A stretch of 64,000 bases of DNA from an uncultured Verrucomicrobiae bacterium (lineage in GTDB: Bacteria > Verrucomicrobiota > Verrucomicrobiia > Limisphaerales > Palsa-1400), in assembly GCA_963707025.1 (NCBI GenBank), contig CAVPOM010000014.1:128001-192000 (forward strand). The letters run 5' to 3'. Below are positions 19,193 to 28,077 of this stretch, one piece after another (the stretch's first letter is position 1; each line of letters begins with the position of its first letter). The position numbers and the translations under genes were made by a program. The notes beneath the pieces were generated by a model. It saw nothing but the letters and a program-made list of their open reading frames with translations. It was not told where the DNA came from and made no database searches.

Positions 19193-19228
19193 TCCTCTCC
19201 TCCATTGCCGGAGAGGGTCGGGGTGGGG
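19193..19228. repeat. Degenerate intergenic REP-like palindrome
   Basis: CCTCTCC-TCCATTGCC-GGAGAGG followed by GTCGGGGTGGGG; same architecture as the terminal unit of the 11.3-kb array. Confidence 0.7.
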
Positions 19229-19259
19229 AAGCCCGCCAGATTGGCCTGCCCCGGCCGCA

Positions 19260-20258
19260 TCAGTTGACCTGAGCTTGTTCATGAAAAAGGTCCTCCGTTT
19301 TGGGCAGGGTGGTTTCCTCCAACTCCCGCAGCAGGTTTTTGAAGCCCCAGCCGGAATAAAGCCGCCGCAGTTCCTCCGCGTCCCTCTGCCGCACCGCCAA
19401 ATCCTCCATTCGCAAATCGCACTCCATGGTGTCTCTCAGCCTGATCAGTTGTTGGTTGCGCCGGACCGCCTCCTCCTCCGCGAGCAGACGGGTCCGCACC
19501 CGCTCGGACCGCACTTCTGGCAAACGCCCGTACATTACATCTATCGTACCGAATTGTCCCAACAATTCCGCAGCAATCTTCGCGCCAATCCCCGGCACGC
19601 CCGGTATGTTGTCCGACGCGTCCCCAACCAGGCTCAACCAGTCCACGATTTGGGCCGGCGCCACTCCCGTCTTCTGCCGGACTTGCCCGGCATCCCACAG
19701 GCCTTCGGTTTTGTCCTGTGGCACCAGCAGTTTGACCCCGCCGGCTACCAACTGCATAAAATCCTTGTCCGAACTGGCGATCACCACCGCCAGGCCCGCC
19801 GCCGCGCCCTGCGCCGTCAAGGCCGCGATGCAATCGTCCGCCTCGCATCCTTCTTTCCTCAAGGAACAGACCCCGGCCGCCCGCAAATACTCCACCATGC
19901 CATCCAATTGCGGCGCCAAACCGGCCGGCATCTCCGCCCGCTGCGCCTTGTATTCGGGCAGCAGCCTCATCCGTTCCGCCGTCAAGCCCCCATCCCATGC
20001 CACCACCGTGTGCGTCGGCTGCACCCGGGCCTGCACCTTCCCCAGCATGCGGATGAAACCGTAAATCGCGTTGGTCGGCTGCCCTGATGGCGAGGTCAGC
20101 GACGCTATCCCAAAAAACGCCCGATAAGCATAACAGTGCCCGTCCACGATCAACAACGGACCGCCCGCCGGCCCATTGGACCAGGCAGCCCCGGCCTTGG
20201 GCGGCGATCCCGGGTTTGAGGATGTCGGGCTGCTTTGCATGGGAGCGGGCCTCGCCAA
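19260..20258 (-). CDS. Stand-alone 5'-3' exonuclease/flap endonuclease (Pol I N-terminal domain family)
   Basis: Motifs LLIVDGH..AYRAFF, PTNAIYGF, YKAQR, EADD, SSDKDFMQL, GDASDNIPGVPGIGAKIA (H3TH); no polymerase domain. Start codon uncertain (20258 or 20240). Confidence 0.92.
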   Translation of the reverse strand: MARPAPMQSSPTSSNPGSPPKAGAAWSNGPAGGPLLIVDGHCYAYRAFFGIASLTSPSGQPTNAIYGFIRMLGKVQARVQPTHTVVAWDGGLTAERMRLLPEYKAQRAEMPAGLAPQLDGMVEYLRAAGVCSLRKEGCEADDCIAALTAQGAAAGLAVVIASSDKDFMQLVAGGVKLLVPQDKTEGLWDAGQVRQKTGVAPAQIVDWLSLVGDASDNIPGVPGIGAKIAAELLGQFGTIDVMYGRLPEVRSERVRTRLLAEEEAVRRNQQLIRLRDTMECDLRMEDLAVRQRDAEELRRLYSGWGFKNLLRELEETTLPKTEDLFHEQAQVN

Positions 20259-20266
20259 TCAGCAGG

Positions 20267-23107
20267 TCAGGGCGCTTTAGCCCCCACCGGTTGAGGCGGG
20301 ACGGAATTCTTGGCGAAAGGCATCTCCTCATCGGTATGCAATTTATTACCCGCTGGATCAATAATTGTCGCCGTGACGAACACCATCAAATTCTGCTTCT
20401 GACTGTAGGAGTACTCGCTTTGGAACAACCGGCCCAGCAGCGGCAAATCGCCCAGCACCGGTATCTTGTCTTTGAACTTGGTGATGTTTTCCGCGATCAA
20501 CCCGCCCAACATGACCGTCTGGCCGTCCCAGACATTGACACTGGTGACGACCTGGCGGACGCGGTAATGCGGCAGCGGCAGCACCGCCGTCAGCGGCACA
20601 CCGATGGAAGAACCGGCGACCGATTGGGCCTGGATCAGAAACGGGCCGGGAGGGTCGTAACCGACGAATTCGGTCAAGGTGGGAATGAGAACCATCGAGA
20701 TGGAATAGCCGTCCGATTCAATCGAGGGCAGTACGTCCAAAGCCGGTCCCGCCGTGAATGGACTGGTGCCAGGGATCGAGGAGGAGGCGACTGCCGAAGA
20801 GGTGCTCAGCCCGCCGGCTCCGGTGCTCGCTCCAAAGCCGCCGGCTCCGGTTGAGGACACGCCGGAAGTGGTGACGATATCTATAATGTCACTCACCTGC
20901 ACATGCGCCTGCCGCCCGCTCTCGGTCGTCACCCGCGGAGCGGACAGGATATCCGCTCCGTCCCGTTGTTCAATCGCCTGAATGGCCAGGCGAAATTGCG
21001 GGTCGGTCAAAATGCCGGTAATGGTGCCCAAGGTGGTCAGCCCTGGCCCGGACGGGGAGCCGGGGGGAGCGGTGCGCAAGGCCGTGCCGGTCAGACTGGA
21101 ATCTGAAGTGGACGGCGGAATCTGCAGGGGGATGGCACTCCCACTGGCACTGGTGGTGGAGAAACCGGTGGGACCCGCCCCAGGGAAGTTGCCCGATGGA
21201 TTGGCCAGCGTCGGCGGCGATGAGTACGAAGGCGCCGTGCCCGCCTCGGCCCCGATGGCGCCCTTGTTCACCGTAAAGTTTCCCAGATTCCATTGAAAGC
21301 CCAACCCTTTGGCGTCGTTTTGTGTCACCGAGGCAAATTTGGTGTCAATCTGCACTTCCGGCGGGATTTTGTTCAGCAGTTGGATGACCCGTTCCACCAT
21401 GTCCAAGTCCTGCGTCGTCGCCCGCACCAGCATATCCCCGGTCCGCTCATTGAAGAAAACGAAGGTGCCATTAGTGTTCAAATTAATGCCCATGGTCCGC
21501 AAGAAGTATTGGCTGACCAGAGCGTTGTCATTAAGCGTCAAGTTGGTCACTGTGATATAAGGAAGGAATGAGGGGGTGACCTGCAGATAAGTGGCAGTCC
21601 CCTGCCCTCCGCCCCCGCCGAACCCGCCGCCGCCGCCAATCCCGCCAGCCCCGCCAATCCCACCGCCCCCAATCCCACCGCCCCCAATTCCACCACCGCC
21701 AAAGCCACCGCCCCCAAACCCGCCGCCGCCGCCAATGCCGCCGCCGCCAAAACCACCACCGCCAATGCCACCGCTTGAGCCGCCGATGCCGCCTCCGCCC
21801 ACGCCGCCCCCCGCGGAATTGGCCGTGCCGGAAATGCCTGTCACAGACACTCCGATTAATCCCTGCACAAAAGTATCCGGGTTCACATGGAACAACCGCG
21901 TTTCCAGCGCCGCCGCTTCAACCGGCTTCACAAAGAACCACACCGCGTAATCCTCCACTGAGTAGCTCAGGCCATTGGGACTGTCGGACAATTGACAAAT
22001 CGCATCCAACGCCTCAAGCAAGGTCACATTGTTGAGCGGCGGATTGATTTTGATCTGGATGGTGGACGCTTCGACAAACGCCGCCGGCGGCGCCGTCAAA
22101 TCAACGGCCAGCGCGGCGGCCCCGGAACTGGGGCTGGGGCGCGGATTGAACATAAAATTGATGCCGACGTTCTCCAGGTCGTTGGAGATGGACCGCCTCT
22201 TCAGGCTCTTGAGCACTTCGCTCAACGGCATGCCGGTTTCCAAGGTGGCTTCGTCGGGCAGATTCTCCAGTTTGATCTCCTGCAGTTTGCGCATGATGGT
22301 CGAACGGCCCGGACTGGTGTGAATCAGAGTGCTTTTGGCGTAACTGTTGGGCACCGGCAACTCCTGGGCCTTGGTCGAAAGCAGCCAGGTCCGCTCCACC
22401 TGTTCCAGTTCGGTTTTGGTGTCCCGCTCCCGGTTGCGCGCGTCATTGATGTAACGGGCTTCCTTGAGCAAATCCAAATAGTAAGGCGCCGCCGCGTTGG
22501 ACGGATCCAGGGCCAGCGCCTGTAAGAGCACTTTCTCCGCCTCGTCCAGCCTTCCCATCTCGTAAAGCAGTCTGCCGTTCTGCACCAGGGTGGCCACCTG
22601 CGTGTTGGTCCTATCGAACTGCGGAATCATCTTGAGCACGTCCGGGCTGGGAACCCGGCCCTCCTGCGCGGCGGTGTTCAAGTCTATTTCCTTGCGCAGG
22701 ATGCGCAGCCGTTCATTGCCGGGATCATACTTCAGGGCGGCGTTGACCTGGTCGCTGGCCGCGGCCATCTCCCCCAGCTTCATGTATTGCCGGGCCAGCA
22801 ATTCCCGTGTCTCAGCGTGGCCGGCCAGCGCCTCCAACTTCTCCCCGTCCACTTTGAGATTGCCCACCTCCACGTACGGAATGTTGGTCACGGCATCCTG
22901 GTAAAGTTTGGCGGCGCTGGCGATCTCGTTGCGCTTCCGGGCCGCGTCCGCCGCCCGCAGGTCCCTTTCCATGTCGCCGGTCGCGGCCTGGCGGCGCACC
23001 GCTTCATCCTGCGCCAGTTGAATGGCGTCCTGGCTGTTGGTCTGGGCCTGCGCGGAGAAGGCCAGAAAGAAAACGAGGCTGATGGTGATTTGGGCTGCTG
23101 GTCTCAT
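20267..23107 (-). CDS. Secretin (GspD/PilQ family, Amuc_1098-like) with N-terminal TPR region and Gly-rich loop
   Basis: Signal peptide MRPAAQITISLVFFLAFSAQAQ at 23107; TPR-like GRLLYEMGRLDEAEKVLLQALALDPSN; secretin motifs ILSAPRVTTESGRQA, DGQTVMLGGLI, KIPVLGDLPLLGRLF, NLMVFVTATII. Confidence 0.93.
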   Translation of the reverse strand: MRPAAQITISLVFFLAFSAQAQTNSQDAIQLAQDEAVRRQAATGDMERDLRAADAARKRNEIASAAKLYQDAVTNIPYVEVGNLKVDGEKLEALAGHAETRELLARQYMKLGEMAAASDQVNAALKYDPGNERLRILRKEIDLNTAAQEGRVPSPDVLKMIPQFDRTNTQVATLVQNGRLLYEMGRLDEAEKVLLQALALDPSNAAAPYYLDLLKEARYINDARNRERDTKTELEQVERTWLLSTKAQELPVPNSYAKSTLIHTSPGRSTIMRKLQEIKLENLPDEATLETGMPLSEVLKSLKRRSISNDLENVGINFMFNPRPSPSSGAAALAVDLTAPPAAFVEASTIQIKINPPLNNVTLLEALDAICQLSDSPNGLSYSVEDYAVWFFVKPVEAAALETRLFHVNPDTFVQGLIGVSVTGISGTANSAGGGVGGGGIGGSSGGIGGGGFGGGGIGGGGGFGGGGFGGGGIGGGGIGGGGIGGAGGIGGGGGFGGGGGQGTATYLQVTPSFLPYITVTNLTLNDNALVSQYFLRTMGINLNTNGTFVFFNERTGDMLVRATTQDLDMVERVIQLLNKIPPEVQIDTKFASVTQNDAKGLGFQWNLGNFTVNKGAIGAEAGTAPSYSSPPTLANPSGNFPGAGPTGFSTTSASGSAIPLQIPPSTSDSSLTGTALRTAPPGSPSGPGLTTLGTITGILTDPQFRLAIQAIEQRDGADILSAPRVTTESGRQAHVQVSDIIDIVTTSGVSSTGAGGFGASTGAGGLSTSSAVASSSIPGTSPFTAGPALDVLPSIESDGYSISMVLIPTLTEFVGYDPPGPFLIQAQSVAGSSIGVPLTAVLPLPHYRVRQVVTSVNVWDGQTVMLGGLIAENITKFKDKIPVLGDLPLLGRLFQSEYSYSQKQNLMVFVTATIIDPAGNKLHTDEEMPFAKNSVPPQPVGAKAP

Positions 23108-23141
23108 GGTGTCTTGTCTCTTTGGATTTTTCTCCCAGGGC

Positions 23142-23912
23142 TTATGGCCCGCCGTTCCATTCTCTTTGGCTCTTTTGGGCCGTCCTGGTGTTCTGCACTG
23201 TAACGGTATTGCTGGTAATGGCAATGATTTTCCACTCTTCCTGCGAAAGCTGCAGCGTATCGTTGACGTGCTTCTTGTTGAACACGTTGGTGCTGTCGGA
23301 CGCATTATATTTCATGCTCGCTTCATACAGTTCCACCCGCTGGTACGGCTCCGTGGCCGTCACCAAGTTGGTTTGTCCGGTTTCGGGTATCAGCACTTGG
23401 AGCTTGGCTGGCGTTTCCTGAGCAGCATTGGTGCCAACGATCACACAAGGATAGGGCTTGTTTTTGGGGCCCTTGTCGTTGTAGGCGCCAAACCATCTCA
23501 CCTCCGGCCCCATCGGATGTTTGGCGACCATCTGAAAGGCCTCCCCCGCTTGTTTGTCCAGCCGGATGGTATAATAAAGCGGCACGATCTCGGTCACCGT
23601 CAGCGCCATGGGGCCTTCCCTGTTCATTTTGAACAGCCGCCCGTCATGGCTCATTTTCCAAGTCACCGGATTAAACAGGTTATGATCGTCGCTCAAACTG
23701 AACTCGGGCACATCCTTCAAGCCTTTGAGCGCGTTGCGCAATGCCGTCAGATCCACCGCGACCCACGGCTTGGCCGGCGGCGGGGTCCCGAAGGTGGTGG
23801 GGCTCTTGGCCTCCCTCACCGCCGCGAACAACCAAAAGGCTGCCGCCCCAAGCCCCGCCAGGACGGCGCTCAAAATGATCTTCTCAAAATGTCTCTTCAA
23901 AAATTGCATCAC
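23142..23912 (-). CDS. Single-pass membrane protein of the secretin cluster (Amuc_1099-like by position)
   Basis: N-terminal FLKRHFEKIIL plus TM helix; HNLFNP motif; 4-bp overlap with the upstream gene; lies between PilO-like gene and secretin. Confidence 0.7.
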   Translation of the reverse strand: MMQFLKRHFEKIILSAVLAGLGAAAFWLFAAVREAKSPTTFGTPPPAKPWVAVDLTALRNALKGLKDVPEFSLSDDHNLFNPVTWKMSHDGRLFKMNREGPMALTVTEIVPLYYTIRLDKQAGEAFQMVAKHPMGPEVRWFGAYNDKGPKNKPYPCVIVGTNAAQETPAKLQVLIPETGQTNLVTATEPYQRVELYEASMKYNASDSTNVFNKKHVNDTLQLSQEEWKIIAITSNTVTVQNTRTAQKSQREWNGGP

Positions 23913-24919
23913 TTGAATTTGATCACCTCCACCGACAGCGTGATGTAAAGCAACTGCTCCCGCTCCACCGTCCTCGGCCCGCCGGCGACCGGCGCGGCCG
24001 CCAGCTTGTCCTTCCAGGCCTCCATCGCTCTCTCATAGGCCATGGCCTTGAGATTATAGAGTCTTACTTTCGCATCGTATTGGGCCGGGCTTTCGCGAAA
24101 CCCCCGGACGGGCGGGTCGCCCGGCGGCGTGGGCTGGCCCGGCAGCGTCACGCCCGGCGCGTACCCGGGCTGATCCAGCGTTTTTGGACCCGCCGGCCGG
24201 ACCACGATATTTTTGACAACAAAACAATTGCTCGACCGGGCCAGCCCCGCCAGGACGGCGGCCAGTTCCCGCGTGAAGCTCTTAAACTCCATCTTGTACG
24301 GGGTCGCGGTGCCAAAGGCCGTGGGGGCAATGTGCGTGTTCAGAAGATCGTTGGCCGTCGCAATCAGATCGTTGGTGGAGTTGACGGGCACGCGCCGCAT
24401 GCTCACCAGGGAATTGATTTTGGCGCTGTAAAGTATGTCGCAAAGCGTCTTGATTTCCGCCAATTGCTGCATCCACAAGGGGATGTTTTCCGCCGGCGGA
24501 TTGAGTTTGCCCCGCTGATCGGTGAACCCAAAGGCAAAATCATCGGGCACTCCCACCTCCGCGTTGGTCGCCTTGGTTCTCAAATCAAAAATCGTGTTCT
24601 CCAGATATTCGGAGAATCCCTTGGCATCCTCCTTGGGCGGGATGGGGAAGGGGGCGAAGGTTTGGCGCAACTGATCCACCAACCCCTTGACCTGGCCCTG
24701 GTCTTCCCGGGCATGCTGGATGTTGTCGTCCGACGGGTAAGGCACCTTTGGATTGTTGCCCAAGGCCTCGTACTGGCTGGTATAATCCGCAAAATCCTTG
24801 TTCACCGCCGCATTATTGCTCAAATCCACCCAAAAAAACACATACGCGCAGTAACCCGTCAATATCAAACCCGCCGCCAAGCCGAGAGCAAAAAACAAAT
24901 TTCGTTTAATCCAGGCCAT
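23909..24919 (-). CDS. Amuc_1100-like / PilO-like pilus-associated protein
   Basis: Start MAWIKRNLFF 5 bp after the pilM stop; N-terminal TM, coiled coil, FAFGF..Q, LAAVLAGL..S..CFVVKNI; position matches the Amuc_1098-1101 gene order. Confidence 0.75.
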   Translation of the reverse strand: MAWIKRNLFFALGLAAGLILTGYCAYVFFWVDLSNNAAVNKDFADYTSQYEALGNNPKVPYPSDDNIQHAREDQGQVKGLVDQLRQTFAPFPIPPKEDAKGFSEYLENTIFDLRTKATNAEVGVPDDFAFGFTDQRGKLNPPAENIPLWMQQLAEIKTLCDILYSAKINSLVSMRRVPVNSTNDLIATANDLLNTHIAPTAFGTATPYKMEFKSFTRELAAVLAGLARSSNCFVVKNIVVRPAGPKTLDQPGYAPGVTLPGQPTPPGDPPVRGFRESPAQYDAKVRLYNLKAMAYERAMEAWKDKLAAAPVAGGPRTVEREQLLYITLSVEVIKFK

Positions 24920-24923
24920 ACCT

Positions 24924-26804
24924 TTAGAGCTTGAACGGATGCTTGAGCCCAACGCTCAGTCTAAAGGTCAACGTGTTCGTATCCGAGTTGTCCGCCTCCA
25001 GGCCCATCTCCCCAAGCTTGGCGTCGGTGAAAAAGGGCGACGCGTTCAGGCCCGCCGACACGGCGAACGCCAAATCCGAGTTGGCGGACGCCGAGATTTT
25101 ACTCCGGTCTATCATCCGGCAGGTCATCTGAATGTTGCTGATAGTGTTGTCGCCGGAAGTGTTGCCCGTCGGCTGGTTCGGTCGCGACGGCGCCCTTCTC
25201 TCCGGCGCGCCGGTTCCGCCGGGCCCTGGCCTCCGGCCGAGCCGCGGATCATACATGCGGCGCTGCTGCGGAGCCGCCTCTCCCCCGCCCGTCCCGCCGC
25301 CATAGGCGCTGTTCTCGGGCAATTCCGGTTCAAATGTCTCCACCCACACTCCGGCATCCACGTTCTCGCCGCCGCTCTTTGCTTTCAGGGCGGCTTGCGT
25401 GCTGGCTTCCGCCTTCAGCAGCACGGCGCGCAGTTCCCCCAGCAATCTCACCCAATAAACATGGTTGTCGGAAAGCAGGGAGATTCCTTTGGCCTCGTCC
25501 AGCGCCTGGTCGCGGTCGTTAATCGCTTTTTTCAAATCCTGCGACTTCTTGGTCAATTCACCCAACTTCGCCTTGAGGTCAGCCAGCTTGCCCTGTCTCA
25601 TCCCGTAGATGCGCGCTTCGGCCTCATGCAGCAGGAAAACCGACAGCGCCAGGCTGAAGATGGCCGCGATCAGATAGGGCTTCTTCTGCGCAAATTCCTG
25701 CCGCTGGATCGAGCTTTTGGGCATCAAATTCAGTTCCACCGGGCAATGGGCCAGATCCCTCAACCCCAATCCCACCACCTCCCCAAAGGAATGGGCATAC
25801 TTGGACAATTCTTCCAAATCCAGCGCCGGCCCGATTTCGATGTTGCGGAATGGATTAAAGTAATCCACCGGCAGGTTGAGCTTCTCCGCGAAAAACTGCG
25901 CCGTGTAAGGCATGATCGAAGCCCCCCCGGACAGATAGAGCCGTTCCGGCGGCGAGCCCCCTTGCTGGCCCCGGTAGAATTGAATGGTCTGGTTGACTTG
26001 AATATGCAGCCGCGTCATCACTTGCCGGGCGATTTTGGCGATGGCCGCCGCCTGCGGGTCCTCCGGCTCTTCGTAGGCCCCGCCCAGGCTGACCGACCCC
26101 TTTTCCAGCTTGGTCGCCTCCGCTTCCGGGAACCGCATCTTGGCCTCATGCCCGAAATCCTGGGTGATGGAATTGGCCCCGATGTTGATGCTCCGCGCAT
26201 AGACCTTCCCCTTCTCGAAAAAAAGCAGATTGCTCGTCTTGGCGCCGACGTCCAGCAGCATGCTGCACCCTTCCACCTCCCCGTAATTGTAGCGAAAGGC
26301 ATTGCACAGCGCCGCCGAGGACACATCCACCAGTTTGATCCGCAGCCCCGCCCCTTCCCCCACCCGGAACAGGCCCTCGATGATTTCCGATTTCACCGCC
26401 ACCAGCAACACCTCCAGTTCGTTGCTGGCCGAGGTGCCCAGAATTTGATAATCCCACACCACCTCGTCCAGCGGGAACGGCACATTTTGCTGCGCTTCGT
26501 AGCGGATGATTTGCGTCACCTTCGACGTGTCCACCGGCGGCAGCTTGACGAATTTGGAAAAGACATGAAAACCCGGCGCGCAAACATTGCTCTGGCGCGA
26601 GCTGAAGTTTTTCTCCGCCAGCAACTCCTGCAAGGCCTTGAGCATGGCCGCCTCCCGGCTCGCCTCCTGCGAACCCTCCAGGCCCAGCGGCTTGATGCCA
26701 TACTGCTTCAAGCGCAATCCGCCCGCGTCGTTCTGTTCAAACTCCGCCAGCTTCAGGCTTCCCGCCCCAAAATCTATCGCCAAAAATGATTTCGCATTTA
26801 ACAT
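24924..26804 (-). CDS. pilM: Type IV pilus assembly PilM-PilN fusion (Amuc_1101-like)
   Basis: Actin-like motifs LAIDFGAGSLKL, EAQQNVPFPLDEVVWDY, LLDVGAKTSN, LYLSGG, VGLGLR; then PilN-type LNLMP motif, TM helix, coiled coil and periplasmic domain. Confidence 0.92.
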   Translation of the reverse strand: MLNAKSFLAIDFGAGSLKLAEFEQNDAGGLRLKQYGIKPLGLEGSQEASREAAMLKALQELLAEKNFSSRQSNVCAPGFHVFSKFVKLPPVDTSKVTQIIRYEAQQNVPFPLDEVVWDYQILGTSASNELEVLLVAVKSEIIEGLFRVGEGAGLRIKLVDVSSAALCNAFRYNYGEVEGCSMLLDVGAKTSNLLFFEKGKVYARSINIGANSITQDFGHEAKMRFPEAEATKLEKGSVSLGGAYEEPEDPQAAAIAKIARQVMTRLHIQVNQTIQFYRGQQGGSPPERLYLSGGASIMPYTAQFFAEKLNLPVDYFNPFRNIEIGPALDLEELSKYAHSFGEVVGLGLRDLAHCPVELNLMPKSSIQRQEFAQKKPYLIAAIFSLALSVFLLHEAEARIYGMRQGKLADLKAKLGELTKKSQDLKKAINDRDQALDEAKGISLLSDNHVYWVRLLGELRAVLLKAEASTQAALKAKSGGENVDAGVWVETFEPELPENSAYGGGTGGGEAAPQQRRMYDPRLGRRPGPGGTGAPERRAPSRPNQPTGNTSGDNTISNIQMTCRMIDRSKISASANSDLAFAVSAGLNASPFFTDAKLGEMGLEADNSDTNTLTFRLSVGLKHPFKL

Positions 26805-27083
26805 GGGTCCTTTTCCTGCCGCCTTCGGCTCTTTACTTTACAAATGCCACGCGCCCCGTCTCAGCACAATTTGAAAAAGTCCGTGCTGATTACCGTACAT
26901 CGCCGCGGCGGTCAATTATTTTGAGCAAGTTATTTTATTTAAGCTAAAGACATGCCACCACCCGGCCTCCAACCGCAATGCAAATAAACTGCCTTTCCCA
27001 CGGCTTCCGGCCTTTTCCCCCTATTTTGCCTGGCTTTCCCCCCGTCATTTTCACGCCAAATGCGTGAAAATGCCGCACCCCCT

Positions 27084-28067
27084 TCACCTCCCAATCTTGC
27101 CCCGAAAATAATCAATAGTTTTGACAAGACCATCCCCCAGCGCCACCCGCGGTTCCCAGCCCAACCGCCTCCTGGCCCGCGCAATGTCGGGACGCCGCTG
27201 GCGCGGATCATCCTGCGGCAAGGGCCGATAACTGATTTTGCTGCGCGAACCGGTGGCCGCGATGATTTCGCGGGCAAATTGCAACACGGTTAATTCGGCC
27301 GGATTGCCGATGTTGACCGGCTCGCTGGTCCCGCTCTGCATCAGGCGGTAAATTCCTTCAATCAAGTCCGAGCAGTAGCAAAAACTGCGGGTCTGCGCCC
27401 CACGCCCAAAAACCGTCAGCGGCTGGTTCTTGAGCGCCTGGCTAATGAACGCCGGCACCACCCGCCCGTCATGCAATCTCATCCGCGGCCCGTAGGTGTT
27501 GAAGATGCGCACAATGCGGGTTTCCACGCCATGCTCGCGGTGATAGGCCATAGTCAGCGCCTCGGCGAAGCGCTTGGATTCGTCGTAGCAACCGCGCAGG
27601 CCGATGGGATTGACGTTGCCCCAGTAGGATTCGGTTTGCGGATGAACCAGCGGGTCGCCATACACCTCCGAAGTCGAGGCGAGCAGGAATTTGGCCGATT
27701 TGTGCAAGGCCAGTCCCAGCGCCTTGTGCGTCCCCAACGATCCCACCTTCAAGGTCTGGATCGGCAACTCCAAATAATCCACCGGACTGGCCGGTGAGGC
27801 GAAATGCCAGACGTAATCCACTGCCATGTCAAGAAACAAATACTCCGTCACATCCTGCTCGATGAATCTGAAATACTTGTTCCCCGCCAGATGCGCGATG
27901 TTGTCCACGCTGCCGGTGACCAGGTTGTCCACCGCCACCACCTTGTGACCGCGCCCCAAAAGGTAATCCACCAGGTGCGACCCCAGAAACCCGGCACCTC
28001 CGGTGACGACCGAGGCGGGTGGACGGGGCTTGGCCTTCCCGGCCGTCCGTTGCACTAGCCTGCCCAT
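27084..28067 (-). CDS. UDP-glucuronate decarboxylase (UDP-xylose synthase) family SDR
   Basis: [68 protein letters not shown]. Confidence 0.93.
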   Translation of the reverse strand: MGRLVQRTAGKAKPRPPASVVTGGAGFLGSHLVDYLLGRGHKVVAVDNLVTGSVDNIAHLAGNKYFRFIEQDVTEYLFLDMAVDYVWHFASPASPVDYLELPIQTLKVGSLGTHKALGLALHKSAKFLLASTSEVYGDPLVHPQTESYWGNVNPIGLRGCYDESKRFAEALTMAYHREHGVETRIVRIFNTYGPRMRLHDGRVVPAFISQALKNQPLTVFGRGAQTRSFCYCSDLIEGIYRLMQSGTSEPVNIGNPAELTVLQFAREIIAATGSRSKISYRPLPQDDPRQRRPDIARARRRLGWEPRVALGDGLVKTIDYFRGKIGR

Positions 28068-28077
28068 AGCTCGCCCA

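Noticed and set aside
19260..20258. Truncated or frameshifted polA
   Set aside because: Clean stop followed by intergenic DNA with a REP-like element; no polymerase motifs nearby in other frames.
199..26789. Long plus-strand ORFs (e.g. 3580..5943, 11712..13766, 24939..26789)
   Set aside because: Antisense shadows of GC-rich minus-strand genes; Arg/His/Gly-rich with no motifs.
26885..26916. Sigma70 promoter for pilM (TTGACC on minus strand)
   Set aside because: No convincing -10 hexamer at proper spacing.
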